Notes: generated by a model not told the origin, from the letters alone. Counted from the stretch's first letter, positions 28,581-39,287 are shown. The stretch is DNA of 64,000 nucleotides from Nocardioidaceae bacterium (GCA_035633755.1 DASQEH010000054.1:14503-78502), one strand, 5' to 3'. Numbers and translations are program-made.

Positions 28581-29258
28581 TCACGGCCCCGAGGTGTGCT
28601 CCAGGGGCGCCAACAGCCGCTCGAGGTCTGCTTCGGCGGCGGCCGTGGCGACGAACAGAAGCTCGTCTCCCGCCTCGACCGTCGCGTCGGGGTCCGGACG
28701 GTGTACATGGCCCTCGCGCAGGACCGCCAGCAGCGACGTCTCGCCGGGCCACGGGATCTCCCGCACCTGCGCCCCCACATAGGGCGAGTCCTCGGGCAGC
28801 GTCAGCTCCACCATGTTGGCGTCGCCTTGGCGGAACGTCCACAGGCGCACCACGTCGCCGACCGTCACGGCCTCCTCGACAAGGGCCGACATGATGCGCG
28901 GCGTCGACACCGCGACGTCGACCCCCCACGACTCGTTGAACAACCACTCGTTGGAGGGATGGTTCACGCGCCCGACCGTGCGGGGCACGGCGAACTCGGT
29001 CTTGGCCAGCAAGGAGATGACGAGGTTGGCCTTGTCATCGCCGGTCGAGGCGATGACAACGTCGCAGCGGTGCAGGGCCGCCTCGTCGAGAGAGGACATC
29101 TCGCAGGCGTCGGCGAGCAGCCACTCTGCTGTCGGAATGCTCTCCGCCTTGATCGCGTACGGGTCCTTGTCGATGAGGAGCACCTCGTGCCCGTTGTCCA
29201 ACAGCTCCGCCGCGACCGACCGGCCGACTGCTCCGGCTCCCGCAATGGCGACACGCAT
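28581..29258 (-). CDS. trkA: TrkA family K+ transport regulatory protein (RCK: TrkA-N + TrkA-C)
   Basis: MRVAIAGAGAVGRSVA Rossmann motif and a C-terminal TrkA-C region. The start shares 1 nt with the upstream trkA stop (TGATG). Confidence 0.9.
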   Translation of the reverse strand: MRVAIAGAGAVGRSVAAELLDNGHEVLLIDKDPYAIKAESIPTAEWLLADACEMSSLDEAALHRCDVVIASTGDDKANLVISLLAKTEFAVPRTVGRVNHPSNEWLFNESWGVDVAVSTPRIMSALVEEAVTVGDVVRLWTFRQGDANMVELTLPEDSPYVGAQVREIPWPGETSLLAVLREGHVHRPDPDATVEAGDELLFVATAAAEADLERLLAPLEHTSGP

Positions 29259-29917
29259 CAGCTCTCCTCCGGCCCAGCGATGATGGCGGCCTCCACCGCA
29301 TCAGCGTTGCTCTCGGTCATGATCAGGTGCACGAAGTCGCCGTCCTGGAGCGCAGTCGCACTCGTCGGTATCTGGCCCTGTCCCAGCCGAGTGAGGAAGG
29401 CCACCCGCGCTCCGGACTGCTCGAGTGCGAGCGCCGGGTGCCCGATCCAGTTCGCCGGGGCGGCGAGCACGCTCATCCGGACGGACCCGGACGGGTCGCG
29501 CCACTCCGGCTCGGCTCCGGCGGGAAGTAGCCGCCGCACCATCTGGTCCACTGTCCAGCGGACGGTGGCCACCGTCGAGATGCCTAGCCGCTGGTAGACC
29601 TCCGCGCGGCCAGGGTCGTAGATCCTGGCGACGACGTTGTCGATGCCGAACGTCTCGCGAGCCACGCGCGCGGAGATGATATTGGAGTTGTCCCCGCTGC
29701 TGACGGCTGCGAAGGCCCCCGCACCGGTGATTCCGGCCGCCTCCAGGACGGCATGGTCGAACCCGTAGCCCTTGACCTTCTCGCCAGAGAATCCCGGCCC
29801 CAGGCGCCGGAAGGCGTCGGCGTTGTTGTCGATGACGGCCACGGAGTGACCCCGGTGCTCCAGCGCCCGCGCCAGCGTCGAGCCCACGCGACCACACCCC
29901 ATCACCACCACGTGCAC
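29258..29917 (-). CDS. trkA: TrkA family K+ transport regulatory protein (RCK: TrkA-N + TrkA-C)
   Basis: MHVVVMGCGRVGSTLA Rossmann motif. It is the first gene of the pair, with a ceoB/ceoC-like arrangement. Confidence 0.9.
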   Translation of the reverse strand: MHVVVMGCGRVGSTLARALEHRGHSVAVIDNNADAFRRLGPGFSGEKVKGYGFDHAVLEAAGITGAGAFAAVSSGDNSNIISARVARETFGIDNVVARIYDPGRAEVYQRLGISTVATVRWTVDQMVRRLLPAGAEPEWRDPSGSVRMSVLAAPANWIGHPALALEQSGARVAFLTRLGQGQIPTSATALQDGDFVHLIMTESNADAVEAAIIAGPEES

Positions 29918-29974
29918 GGGGCCAAGTCAACCATCCTCACCGGATGATTTGGGCATCTGGTCTAGCATCCGTGC

Positions 29975-31999
29975 GTGGGTATAGGGGATCTCGGTAAGCG
30001 GCTGCTTATCGGTCGCAAGCTCACCAGCGCTCAGCTGGGCGAGACGCTCCTTCCGAAGCGAATCGCTCTGCCGGTCTTCGCGAGCGACGCCATGTCATCC
30101 GTGGCCTACGCGCCGGACGAGATCTTCCTGACCCTGACCCTGGCGGGAGGCGCGATGTACGCGTACTCCTGGAAGGTCGGTCTCGTCGTTGCCCTGGTCA
30201 TGCTCGTGGTCGTCACGTCGTACCGACAGAACGTGCAGGCGTACCAGAGCGGTGGCGGTGACTACGAGGTCGCCACCGTCAACCTCGGCTCGAACGCCGG
30301 CCTGACGGTGGCCAGCGCGCTGCTGGTGGACTACGTGTTGACCGTGGCCGTGTCCATCTCGTCGGCGGCCCAGTACGCGTCCTCGGCCATCACTGCCTTC
30401 GAGGGACATGAGGTGGCCGTGGCGGTCGCTGCCACGTTGTTCCTGATGGCGATGAACCTCAGGGGAGTGCGCGAGTCCGGCACCGCGTTCGCGATACCGA
30501 CGTACCTGTTCATGACGGCGATCTTGGGCATGGCCTTCTGGGGCTTCATCCGCTACGGGTTCGGAAACCTCCCGCAGTCCGAGAGCGCCAACCTGCGCGT
30601 GCTCCCAGAAGACCAGTACGCAACAGGCATCGGCGGCCTCGCCATGGGCTTCCTGCTCCTCAGGGCGTTCTCGTCCGGCTGCGCCGCCTTGACCGGCGTC
30701 GAGGCGATCGCCAACGGCGTCCCGGCGTTCCGCAAGCCGAAGGGCAAGAACGCCGCCACCACGCTGCTCCTCCTGGGTGTGTTCGCGATCACCATGGCTC
30801 TGAGCATCATCACCCTTGCGAACATCACCAACGTGCAGGTTGTGGACCCGCACGGGCTGGCCACGCGCTTGGTGGACGAGTCGGGGCAGCTCGTGGGTAG
30901 CAGCTACGACCAGAAACCCGTGATCGGGCAGCTGGCTGCGGCCATCTTCGACCACTTCACGCCGGGCTTCTACTTCGTCACCGCGGTGACGGGACTGATC
31001 CTGGTGCTCGCCGCCAACACCGCGTACAACGGGTTCCCGGTGCTGGGCTCGATCCTCGCCCGCGACGGATACCTGCCTCGTCAGCTTCACAGCCGCGGTG
31101 ACCGGCTGGCGTTCAGCAACGGCATCATCTTGCTGGCGGCCTTCGCGATCCTGCTCATCGTGTCGTTCGACGCCGAGGTCACTCGGCTGATCCAGCTGTA
31201 CATCGTCGGAGTGTTCGTGTCGTTCGTCCTCAGCCAGACCGGCATGATCCGGCACTGGACCCGGCTCCTCGAGACGGAGCAGGACCCCGCTCAGCGAGGT
31301 CGGATGCAGCGCTCGCGGGCGATCAACTCGGTCGGCCTGGCGATGACGGCCGTGGTCCTCGTGATCGTTCTCGTCACCAAGGTCACCCACGGCGCCTGGA
31401 TCGCCATCGTCGCGATGGCGGTCCTGTTCGTGGTGATGAAGACGATCAGCCATCACTACCTGCTGGTGCAACGCGAGCTGCTGGTCTCCGACGAGGACGG
31501 TTCGCTCCCGGCCCGCATCCACGCCATCGTGCTGGTGTCCAAGGTGCACAAGCCGACGCTGAGAGCCATCGCCTACGCTCGGGCGTCGCGTCCGAACACG
31601 CTCGAGGCTCTCACTGTGGATGTGGACGATGACGCCACGGCCGCCCTCATGAAGGCCTGGGACGATGCCGGGATCCCTGTGCCGTTGAAGGTCCTGCACT
31701 CGCCGTGGCGCGAGATCACCAAGCCGATCATCGAGTACGTGCGAGACGTACGCCGCAAGAGCCCGCGCGACGTCGTCATGGTCTACATCCCCGAGTACGT
31801 CGTGGGGCGCTGGTGGGAGCAGGCTCTGCACAACCAGAGCGCCTTGCGGCTCAAGGGGCGACTGCACTTCACCCCCGGGGTCATGGTCACCTCGGTGCCG
31901 TTCCAGCTCCAGTCGTCCGAGGCCGCCGCCGACCGCGCAGACCGCGAAGCGATCAGGGTGGAGAGCCTGCGCCGGCCCACCGCCGACGACGACTCGTGA
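29975..31999 (+). CDS. APC-superfamily permease with ~190-aa cytoplasmic C-terminal domain (Rv2690c-type; KimA-like architecture)
   Basis: 674 aa with about 12 TM helices, starting LPVFASDAMSSVAYAPDEI. The C-terminal soluble domain ends ..IPEYVVGRWWEQALHNQSALRLK... It is divergent from the trkA pair. Confidence 0.8.
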   Translation: MGIGDLGKRLLIGRKLTSAQLGETLLPKRIALPVFASDAMSSVAYAPDEIFLTLTLAGGAMYAYSWKVGLVVALVMLVVVTSYRQNVQAYQSGGGDYEVATVNLGSNAGLTVASALLVDYVLTVAVSISSAAQYASSAITAFEGHEVAVAVAATLFLMAMNLRGVRESGTAFAIPTYLFMTAILGMAFWGFIRYGFGNLPQSESANLRVLPEDQYATGIGGLAMGFLLLRAFSSGCAALTGVEAIANGVPAFRKPKGKNAATTLLLLGVFAITMALSIITLANITNVQVVDPHGLATRLVDESGQLVGSSYDQKPVIGQLAAAIFDHFTPGFYFVTAVTGLILVLAANTAYNGFPVLGSILARDGYLPRQLHSRGDRLAFSNGIILLAAFAILLIVSFDAEVTRLIQLYIVGVFVSFVLSQTGMIRHWTRLLETEQDPAQRGRMQRSRAINSVGLAMTAVVLVIVLVTKVTHGAWIAIVAMAVLFVVMKTISHHYLLVQRELLVSDEDGSLPARIHAIVLVSKVHKPTLRAIAYARASRPNTLEALTVDVDDDATAALMKAWDDAGIPVPLKVLHSPWREITKPIIEYVRDVRRKSPRDVVMVYIPEYVVGRWWEQALHNQSALRLKGRLHFTPGVMVTSVPFQLQSSEAAADRADREAIRVESLRRPTADDDS

Positions 32000-33195
32000 C
32001 CTCGCCGGAACTCTGCGTCGGAGACCGGATCGAGGTCGAGGTCGGCCCGGTGGCCCACGGGGGGCACTGCGTGGCCCGCCACCACGGCCGGGTCATCTTC
32101 GTCCGGCACGCGATCCCGGGCGAGCGGGTACGGATAGAGATCACCGAGGGCCACGAAGGGTCCCGCTTTCTGCGTGCGGACGCCGTCGCGATCCTGTCAG
32201 CGTCGGCCGATCGGGTCGAGCCACCGTGCCCGTATGCGAGGCCGGGCGCCTGTGGAGGGTGCGACTTCCAGCATGTGACTCTGCAGCGGCAGCGGGCCCT
32301 GCTCGGGCAGGTGGTCACCGAGCAGCTGAAGCGACTGGCTGGCATCGACTGGCCGGTGGAGGTCGAAGCGGTACCGGGTGACGTTGACGGGCTTCGCTGG
32401 CGGACTCGGATGCGCTACACCGCGACCGCCGACGGCCGAGCCGGGCTGCGCAAGCACCGCTCCCACGAGCTCATCGCCATCGATGACTGCCGGATCGCCT
32501 CGGCGGCGCTGCCGTCGGTGGACCGTGCGCTGACGGGAGGAACGGCGGAGGCTGAGGCGGTTGTCACCGCGACCCAGGAGCAGGTCGTCATAGCGGACAA
32601 GGGGAGCGGCCCACTGGTGACCGAGGAGGCAGCCGGTCGGCGCTGGAGGCTGCACGCTTCGGACTTCTGGCAGGTGCACCCCGGCGCGGCTGACAAGCTC
32701 GTTGCTGCGGTGGTCGACGGTCTGGATCCAGCGCCGGGCGAGCGCTGCTGGGACCTGTACTCCGGGGTGGGGCTGTTCAGCGCCTCGCTCGCCGCCGGCG
32801 TGGGCGAGCGGGGGTCCGTCGTGGCGGTGGAGTCGCGGCGATGCGCCGTCGAGCACGCGCGGTCCAACCTGGCGGACCACCCCCAGGTTCGCTGTGAGGG
32901 GGAGCGCGTGGAGCGGTTCGTGCGCAGCCGCATCGCCCAGGGGCGGCTGGACATCGTCGTCCTGGACCCGCCTCGCCGCGGCGCGGGAGCCGAGGTGGTG
33001 CGCTCGATCGCCCGCCAACAGCCCCGCGCCATCGCCTACGTCGCCTGCGACCCCGCCGCACTGGCGCGTGACCTGGCGACACTGCGACGCTGTGGATACC
33101 GGCTCGAGTCTCTGCGAGCCTTTGACATCTTCCCGATGACTCATCACGTCGAGTGCGTGGCGATCGTGAAGAGGACCACTGGCGAAGTATCTTGA
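31996..33195 (+). CDS. Class I SAM-dependent RNA (uracil-5-)-methyltransferase, TrmA/RlmD family with TRAM domain
   Basis: TRAM-like N-terminus ([21 protein letters not shown]), Cys cluster [21 protein letters not shown] motif DLYSGVGLF and catalytic VACDPA. GTG 31996 overlaps the upstream stop. Confidence 0.85.
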   Translation: MTSPELCVGDRIEVEVGPVAHGGHCVARHHGRVIFVRHAIPGERVRIEITEGHEGSRFLRADAVAILSASADRVEPPCPYARPGACGGCDFQHVTLQRQRALLGQVVTEQLKRLAGIDWPVEVEAVPGDVDGLRWRTRMRYTATADGRAGLRKHRSHELIAIDDCRIASAALPSVDRALTGGTAEAEAVVTATQEQVVIADKGSGPLVTEEAAGRRWRLHASDFWQVHPGAADKLVAAVVDGLDPAPGERCWDLYSGVGLFSASLAAGVGERGSVVAVESRRCAVEHARSNLADHPQVRCEGERVERFVRSRIAQGRLDIVVLDPPRRGAGAEVVRSIARQQPRAIAYVACDPAALARDLATLRRCGYRLESLRAFDIFPMTHHVECVAIVKRTTGEVS

Positions 33196-33205
33196 TGTCA
33201 AGATA
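33188..33205. promoter_or_regulatory. AT-rich perfect palindrome TATCTTGA-TG-TCAAGATA upstream of acn
   Basis: 8-bp perfect inverted arms. The element overlaps the methyltransferase stop codon and a TATACT -10-like hexamer (33204-33209), 86 nt upstream of the acn ATG. Confidence 0.4.
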
Positions 33206-33290
33206 TACTCGGCTCAGAGCCTCGTACGCGCGCCGAAACGGGCTGGGCGAGGATGGGCCGGAGAACCGTGTCGCACCGCAAGGAGAAGCC

Positions 33291-36143
33291 ATGAGCACAC
33301 TGGACAGCTTCAACGCCAAGAGCAGCCTGACCGTGGGGGACCAGACGTACGAGATCTACCGGCTCGCCGCCGTCGGTGAGCAGGGCTTCGACGTCGCGCA
33401 CCTGCCATTCAGCCTCAAGGTGCTTCTGGAGAGCCTGCTGCGCACGGAGGACGGGGCCGACATCACCGCGGACTCCGTGCGAGCCGTGGCCGGGTGGGAC
33501 GCCGACGCCGTTCCGAGCGAGGAGATCCAGTTCACGCCGGCCCGAGTCATCATGCAGGACTTCACCGGTGTCCCGGCGGTCGTCGACCTCGCCACCATGC
33601 GGGAGGCGATGAAGGACCTGGGTGGGGACCCCGCCCGGATCAACCCCCTTGCTCCGGCTGAGCTCGTCATCGACCACTCCGTCATCGCCGACGTGTTCGG
33701 CACCTCGGCGGCCTTCGGGCGCAACGTGGAGATCGAGTACGAGCGCAATCACGAGCGCTACCAGTTCCTGCGGTGGGGCCAGGGCGCATTCGCCGACTTC
33801 AAGGTGGTCCCGCCCGGCACGGGAATCGTCCACCAGGTCAACATCGAGCACCTGGCCCGGGTTGTCTTCACCCGAGACGGCGACTCCGGGACCGTGGCCT
33901 ATCCCGACACCTGCGTGGGGACCGACTCGCACACGACCATGGTCAACGGCCTCGGCGTCGTCGGCTGGGGCGTCGGGGGTATCGAGGCCGAGGCGGCGAT
34001 GCTCGGTCAACCCGTCTCGATGCTCATCCCGCGGGTGGTGGGCTTCAAGCTGTCCGGTGAGCTCCCCGAGGGTGCGACCGCCACCGACCTCGTGCTCACG
34101 ATCACCGAGCGGCTGCGTGAGCACGGCGTGGTGGGCAAGTTCGTGGAGTTCTACGGCAGCGGGGTGGCTGCGGTCCCCCTGGCCAACCGCGCCACGATCG
34201 GCAACATGTCCCCCGAGTACGGCTCCACGATCGCGGTGTTCCCGATCGACGAGGAGACCCTGCGGTACCTGCGGCTGACCGGTCGTAGCGAGTCGCAGGT
34301 GGCGCTGGTCGAGGCCTACGCCAAGGAGCAGGGGCTGTGGCACGACCCCGACATCGAGCCACGCTACTCGGAGTACCTCGAGCTCGACCTCGGCACGGTG
34401 GTGCCGTCCATCGCGGGGCCGAAGCGGCCGCAGGACCGGGTGTCGCTCACCGACGCGAAGGACAACTTCCGTACGGCGCTCCTCGACTACGTCACGTCCG
34501 ACGAGGAGGGCACGCAGGCTGTAGCCCGCCCTCAGGAGGGATACGACTCCGCCGCTGCCGAGTCGTTCCCGGCCAGCGATGCACCGTCCTACAGTGGGGT
34601 TGGCGACGATGACGCAGCGCCGCCGCAGTCGCCGGACGGGGACGAGGTCCCCCGGCACAGCCGGCCGAGCACCCGCGTGCCCGTGACGCTGGCCGACGGC
34701 TCGCAGTTCGAGATCGACCACGGTGCCGTGGCGATCGCGGCGATCACGTCGTGCACCAACACCTCCAACCCGTCGGTCATGATCGGAGCGGCCCTGCTGG
34801 CCAAGAACGCCGTGGACCGCGGTCTGGTCAGCAAGCCCTGGGTCAAGACGTCGCTCGCTCCGGGCTCGAAGGTCGTCACCGACTACTTCGACCGCTCCGG
34901 GCTCACGCCGTACCTGGAGAAGCTGGGCTTCAACCTCGTCGGGTACGGCTGCACGACGTGCATCGGCAACTCGGGTCCGTTGATCCCCGAGGTCAGCGCC
35001 GCGGTGAACGACTCCGACCTCGCTGTCGTCGCGGTGCTGTCGGGGAACCGCAACTTCGAGGGACGCATCAACCCCGACATCAAGATGAACTACCTGGCCT
35101 CACCTCCGCTCGTCGTGGCCTATGCGCTAGCCGGGACGATGGACATCGACTTGTACTCCGAGCCGATCGGCCAGGACCCGTCCGGCGCCGACGTGTTCCT
35201 CAAGGACATCTGGCCGACCTCCGCCGACGTGGAGTCGATCGTCGGCAACGCCATCACGGCGGACATGTTCTCCAAGGACTACGCCGACGTCTTCGCCGGT
35301 GACGAGCGCTGGCAGTCACTGCCCACTCCTGAGGGCGACACGTTCTCCTGGGCACCGGACTCGACCTACGTCCGCAAGCCGCCGTACTTCGAGGGCATGG
35401 GGCAGCAGCCGGACCCGGTGAGTGACGTCTCGGGCGCCCGCGTGCTGGCGAAGCTCGGGGACTCGGTGACGACGGATCACATCTCCCCAGCCGGTGCCAT
35501 CAAGAAGGACTCCCCGGCCGGGCGGTACCTCGGCGAGCATGGCGTCGAGCACCGCGACTTCAACAGCTACGGCTCGCGACGGGGCAACCACGAGGTCATG
35601 ATTCGGGGGACGTTCGCCAACATCCGCCTGCGCAATCAGCTCGCGCCCGGGACCGAGGGCGGCTTCACCCGGAACTTCGCCGCCAACGGTGAGGTCACCT
35701 CCATCTACGACGCGTCGGTGGCCTATGCCGAGCAGGGCACGCCACTACTGATTCTGGCCGGCAAGGAGTACGGGTCGGGCTCGTCGCGCGACTGGGCCGC
35801 CAAAGGAACCGCCCTGCTGGGAGTCAAAGCCGTGATCGCCGAGTCGTACGAGCGGATCCACCGGTCGAACCTGATCGGGATGGGCGTGCTGCCGCTGCAG
35901 TACCCCGAGGGTGAGACGGCCGAGTCGCTGGGGCTCACGGGCGAGGAGACGTTCGACGTCCACGGCGTGACCGCCCTCAACGACGGGGGCGTTCCTCCGA
36001 CGGTGTCGGTGACGGCCCACAAGGACGGGGGCGAGGACGTCAGCTTCGATGCCGTCGTTCGGATCGACACCCCGGGCGAGGCGAACTACTATCGGCACGG
36101 CGGCATCATGCACTTCGTGCTGCGAAACTTACGCACTTCTTGA
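33291..36143 (+). CDS. acnA: Aconitate hydratase A
   Basis: 950 aa. The start [19 protein letters not shown] follows AAGGAGAAGCC. Fe-S ligand regions are [16 protein letters not shown] and [10 protein letters not shown]. Confidence 0.95.
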   Translation: MSTLDSFNAKSSLTVGDQTYEIYRLAAVGEQGFDVAHLPFSLKVLLESLLRTEDGADITADSVRAVAGWDADAVPSEEIQFTPARVIMQDFTGVPAVVDLATMREAMKDLGGDPARINPLAPAELVIDHSVIADVFGTSAAFGRNVEIEYERNHERYQFLRWGQGAFADFKVVPPGTGIVHQVNIEHLARVVFTRDGDSGTVAYPDTCVGTDSHTTMVNGLGVVGWGVGGIEAEAAMLGQPVSMLIPRVVGFKLSGELPEGATATDLVLTITERLREHGVVGKFVEFYGSGVAAVPLANRATIGNMSPEYGSTIAVFPIDEETLRYLRLTGRSESQVALVEAYAKEQGLWHDPDIEPRYSEYLELDLGTVVPSIAGPKRPQDRVSLTDAKDNFRTALLDYVTSDEEGTQAVARPQEGYDSAAAESFPASDAPSYSGVGDDDAAPPQSPDGDEVPRHSRPSTRVPVTLADGSQFEIDHGAVAIAAITSCTNTSNPSVMIGAALLAKNAVDRGLVSKPWVKTSLAPGSKVVTDYFDRSGLTPYLEKLGFNLVGYGCTTCIGNSGPLIPEVSAAVNDSDLAVVAVLSGNRNFEGRINPDIKMNYLASPPLVVAYALAGTMDIDLYSEPIGQDPSGADVFLKDIWPTSADVESIVGNAITADMFSKDYADVFAGDERWQSLPTPEGDTFSWAPDSTYVRKPPYFEGMGQQPDPVSDVSGARVLAKLGDSVTTDHISPAGAIKKDSPAGRYLGEHGVEHRDFNSYGSRRGNHEVMIRGTFANIRLRNQLAPGTEGGFTRNFAANGEVTSIYDASVAYAEQGTPLLILAGKEYGSGSSRDWAAKGTALLGVKAVIAESYERIHRSNLIGMGVLPLQYPEGETAESLGLTGEETFDVHGVTALNDGGVPPTVSVTAHKDGGEDVSFDAVVRIDTPGEANYYRHGGIMHFVLRNLRTS

Positions 36144-36260
36144 CCGTCCGCACGGGCGGCTATGCCCTTGTGATCCAGCGGAAAGAGCAGGGCGCGGTCG
36201 CGGGGACGCCGGGAAGGCGCAGGGCACGGTCAGGGCGGGCCAGGTCAGTCTGAGGCGCGG

Positions 36261-36719
36261 TCAAGTGGCCGGCGAGCTGAGTCCGGCGCGCAGCCGCTGT
36301 CCGTACTGCGCCATCTCGTTTTCGTCGACGTACCGGGTGCGCGGCCAGAAGAACCCACGCAAGCCGTCGCCCTTGGTGCGCGGAACCACGTGCACGTGAA
36401 CATGCGGAACGGACTGCGAGACGACGTTGTTCATCGCGACGAACGAGCCCTGCGCGGACAGCGTCGAGATCATTGCTGCGGCGACTGTGCGGGCGCTGCC
36501 CATCACCGGGACGAGCAACTCGTCGGGCAGGTCGACCAAGGTGGCGACGTGGCGGCGAGGCACAATGAGGACATGGCCCTTGAACACCGGGCGGATGTCC
36601 AGGAAGCCGACCGTCTCCGGGGTCTCCCACACCACGCACGCCGCCGCCTCTCCCGAGACGATGCGGCAGAAGAGGCAGCTCATCGAGGCAACGTAGCCGG
36701 TCCAGTGAGCCGGAGTCAT
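36261..36719 (-). CDS. HIT (histidine triad) family hydrolase
   Basis: [10 protein letters not shown].. and the histidine triad HVHVHVVPR. The start is ATG 36719 or, perhaps more likely, ATG 36683 (MSCLFCRI..). The track N-terminus MFEHVFEQ merely translates the SOS-box repeat. Confidence 0.8.
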   Translation of the reverse strand: MTPAHWTGYVASMSCLFCRIVSGEAAACVVWETPETVGFLDIRPVFKGHVLIVPRRHVATLVDLPDELLVPVMGSARTVAAAMISTLSAQGSFVAMNNVVSQSVPHVHVHVVPRTKGDGLRGFFWPRTRYVDENEMAQYGQRLRAGLSSPAT

Positions 36720-36723
36720 CTGT

Positions 36724-36739
36724 TCGAACACATGTTCGA
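36724..36739. promoter_or_regulatory. LexA operator (SOS box) TCGAACACATGTTCGA
   Basis: Exact match to the actinobacterial consensus TCGAAC-N4-GTTCGA. The 17-nt core CGAACACATGTTCGAAC is identical to the uvrA box. It lies 8 nt upstream of TAGGGT (36748-53). Confidence 0.75.
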
Positions 36740-36759
36740 ACACGTGCTAGGGTCACTTC

Positions 36760-37131
36760 ATGTCAGCAGCGTTCTCGCCGCCCGGTTGGCCCGAACGCGT
36801 GCGGCCACCGGGTGCTCCCTGGTGGGAGGACACCGCGGTCGGTTGGCTGCTCGACCAGTGCCCGCCGGACTACCGGATGTACGCCGGGCTCAAGCGACAC
36901 CCGGTGGTGCTCGCCCGGTTCACGGCCCTCCACGTCGAGGCCAGCATCCAGGCCGCCCAGCGGGGCATCTCCGAGGCGCGCACCAGTTTGCGCGAGGTCC
37001 TGCCGACGGAGTCTGTCGAAGGCGCGATCGCGATGTGGGAGCGCGAGAGTGCCCGGCTCCTCAAGGTGCGTCGGGCCGTTGGCCTCATCGAGGACGCCTT
37101 CCGTGGCCGTCAGTTCCGGGCTCGCCTCTGA
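36760..37131 (+). CDS. Hypothetical protein (123 aa), candidate SOS-regulon member
   Basis: ATG ORF with very high GC3. The ATG lies 6 nt after the -10-like TAGGGT, which suggests a leaderless mRNA. I recognise no family. Confidence 0.6.
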   Translation: MSAAFSPPGWPERVRPPGAPWWEDTAVGWLLDQCPPDYRMYAGLKRHPVVLARFTALHVEASIQAAQRGISEARTSLREVLPTESVEGAIAMWERESARLLKVRRAVGLIEDAFRGRQFRARL

Positions 37132-37210
37132 GGTCCGCGGGATATCAGGGCGGCGATGTGCAAGGCTGTCTGAACGCCCTGGCCTGCACACACGGGAAGA
37201 AGGTGAGGTG

Positions 37211-39127
37211 ATGAGTCTGCTGGACGACCTCAGTGATCCGAAGGACCTGCGTCGCCTCGACGAGGACTCGCTGGTCACTCTCGCCGCCGAGATCCGGGCC
37301 TTTCTCGTGGCCAAGGTGTCGCGTTCGGGCGGCCACCTCGGTCCCAACCTGGGTGTCGTCGAGCTGACACTGGCCATCCACCGGGTGTTCGACTCCCCTC
37401 GTGACAGCGTGGTGTTCGACACCGGCCACCAGGCCTACGTCCACAAGATCATCACCGGCCGGGCTGCCGGCTTCGACACGTTGCGCCAGCGTGACGGCAT
37501 GTCGGGGTACCCGAGTCGCAGCGAGTCACCTCACGATCTCGTCGAGAACTCCCATGCCTCCACGGCCTTGTCGTATGCCGACGGACTTGCGAAGGCCTAC
37601 ACCCTGACCGGCCAGGACCGCCACGTGGTCGCCGTCGTGGGCGACGGCGCGCTCACCGGTGGCATGTCGTGGGAGGCGCTGAACAACATCGCCGCCTGCC
37701 CTACCAGCAAGCTCGTCGTGGTCGTCAACGACAACGGCCGCTCGTACACGCCGACGGTCGGCGGCTTGGCCCACCACCTCGCGACCCTGCGCACGAACCC
37801 ACGCTACGAAGAGGCTCTCGACACCGTGAGGTCTCGGTTGAAGAGCACCAAGGTGGTCGGCCCCCCTGTCTACGACGCCTTGCATGCCATCAAGAAGGGG
37901 CTCAAGGATGCGCTGGCACCGCAGGGTCTCTTCGAAGACCTGGGCCTGAAGTACATCGGTCCTGTCGACGGCCACGACCGTTCGGCGCTCGAGCAGGCAT
38001 TGACGCTCGCCAAGAACTTCGACGGACCGGTGCTCGTCCATGCCCTCACCCACAAGGGCCACGGGTACCCGCCGGCCGAGAACCACGTCGCAGACAACTT
38101 CCATTCCCCGGGCGCGTTCGACCCCGAGACGGGCGAGCTGCTCGCTGCCGCCACCACGATCTGGACCGACGTGTTCAGCTCGGAGCTCGTTGAGCTGGGT
38201 GCGGAGCGTTCGGACGTCGTCGCGATCACAGCCGCCATGCTCCATCCCACCGGCCTGGATGCGTTCGCGGCGGCATACCCCGACCGCACCTTCGACGTCG
38301 GGATCGCCGAGCAGCACGCGATCACGTCCGCCGTCGGTATGGCGATGGCAGGACTGCATCCGGTGGTTGCTGTGTACGCCACCTTCCTCAACCGCGCCTT
38401 CGACCAGATTCTGATGGATGCCGCGCTGCATCGCCAAGGAATCACGATCGTGCTCGACAGGGCGGGAGTGACCGGCGAGGACGGCGCGTCACACAACGGC
38501 ATGTGGGACATGTCGATCCTTCAGGTGGTACCGGGTCTTCGGCTCGCTGCGCCCCGCGACGGCGCTCGCGTCAAGGAGCTGCTGCGTGAGGCGGTTGACG
38601 TCGACGATGCGCCGACCGTGCTGCGCATACCGAAGGGCGCCGTGTGTCGCGACCTCGAGGCCGTCGCCACCGTTGGTGCTGTCGATGTCATGGTCAAGGT
38701 CGGTGAGCCCGACGTACTGCTGGTCGCTGTGGGCGCCATGGTCGAGACCTGTGTCGAGGTGGCAGTCCGACTCCAGGCCCAGGGGATCGGCGTCACCGTG
38801 GTGGACCCGCGCTGGGTCAAGCCGCTTCCTTCGGAGCTGGTCGACCTGGCCAGCAGCCACCGCCTCGTCGTGAGCGTCGAGGACAACGGCCGCGTAGGCG
38901 GCTGCGGGAGCGTGCTGGCCCAGGCCATCCTCGACGCGCGACTGGACGTGCCCATCCGGATGTTCGGCATACCGCAGCGGTTCCTCGCCCATGGCAAGCG
39001 GGCAGCCCTGCTGGATGAGATCGGCCTGGATCCGCAGAGCCTCGCCCGTGAGATCACCGCACACGTCTCTGCGCTCGACGGCAGCGAGGCGCCGAGCGCA
39101 CCCAGTTCGACGGCCGACTCGGCCTGA
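37211..39127 (+). CDS. dxs: 1-deoxy-D-xylulose-5-phosphate synthase
   Basis: [16 protein letters not shown].., [17 protein letters not shown] motif GDGALTGGM and GIAEQHA. ATG 37211 follows GAAGGTGAGGTG. Confidence 0.95.
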   Translation: MSLLDDLSDPKDLRRLDEDSLVTLAAEIRAFLVAKVSRSGGHLGPNLGVVELTLAIHRVFDSPRDSVVFDTGHQAYVHKIITGRAAGFDTLRQRDGMSGYPSRSESPHDLVENSHASTALSYADGLAKAYTLTGQDRHVVAVVGDGALTGGMSWEALNNIAACPTSKLVVVVNDNGRSYTPTVGGLAHHLATLRTNPRYEEALDTVRSRLKSTKVVGPPVYDALHAIKKGLKDALAPQGLFEDLGLKYIGPVDGHDRSALEQALTLAKNFDGPVLVHALTHKGHGYPPAENHVADNFHSPGAFDPETGELLAAATTIWTDVFSSELVELGAERSDVVAITAAMLHPTGLDAFAAAYPDRTFDVGIAEQHAITSAVGMAMAGLHPVVAVYATFLNRAFDQILMDAALHRQGITIVLDRAGVTGEDGASHNGMWDMSILQVVPGLRLAAPRDGARVKELLREAVDVDDAPTVLRIPKGAVCRDLEAVATVGAVDVMVKVGEPDVLLVAVGAMVETCVEVAVRLQAQGIGVTVVDPRWVKPLPSELVDLASSHRLVVSVEDNGRVGGCGSVLAQAILDARLDVPIRMFGIPQRFLAHGKRAALLDEIGLDPQSLAREITAHVSALDGSEAPSAPSSTADSA

Positions 39128-39172
39128 GCCGAGGCCTCGACGCAAGCCGGACGTGCCCTCGGCCCGGCGTGC

Positions 39173-39235
39173 GTCGACGGAGTACCGGCGGAGGTCCGCC
39201 GAACCGGTCGACGGAGTACCGGCGGAGGTCCGCCG
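39173..39235 (+). repeat. Tandem direct repeat (2 x 29 nt identical, period 34 nt), each unit carrying a CGGCGG-AGGT-CCGCCG hairpin
   Basis: GTCGACGGAGTACCGGCGGAGGTCCGCCG occurs at 39173-39201 and again at 39207-39235, in the dxs-tesB intergenic region. Confidence 0.9.
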
Positions 39236-39287
39236 GCGCGTAAGCCGGCTGCAGAGGCGCGAGCCGGTGAGGTGACACAATCGCCGG

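Noticed and set aside
36721-36743. The direct repeat TGTTCGAACAC(A/G) read as the N-terminal extension MFEHVFEQ of the HIT protein.
   Set aside because: The repeat is the LexA operator, and translating it gives the odd duplicated FEHVFE peptide. HIT orthologues start near the CxxC-like CLFCRI motif.
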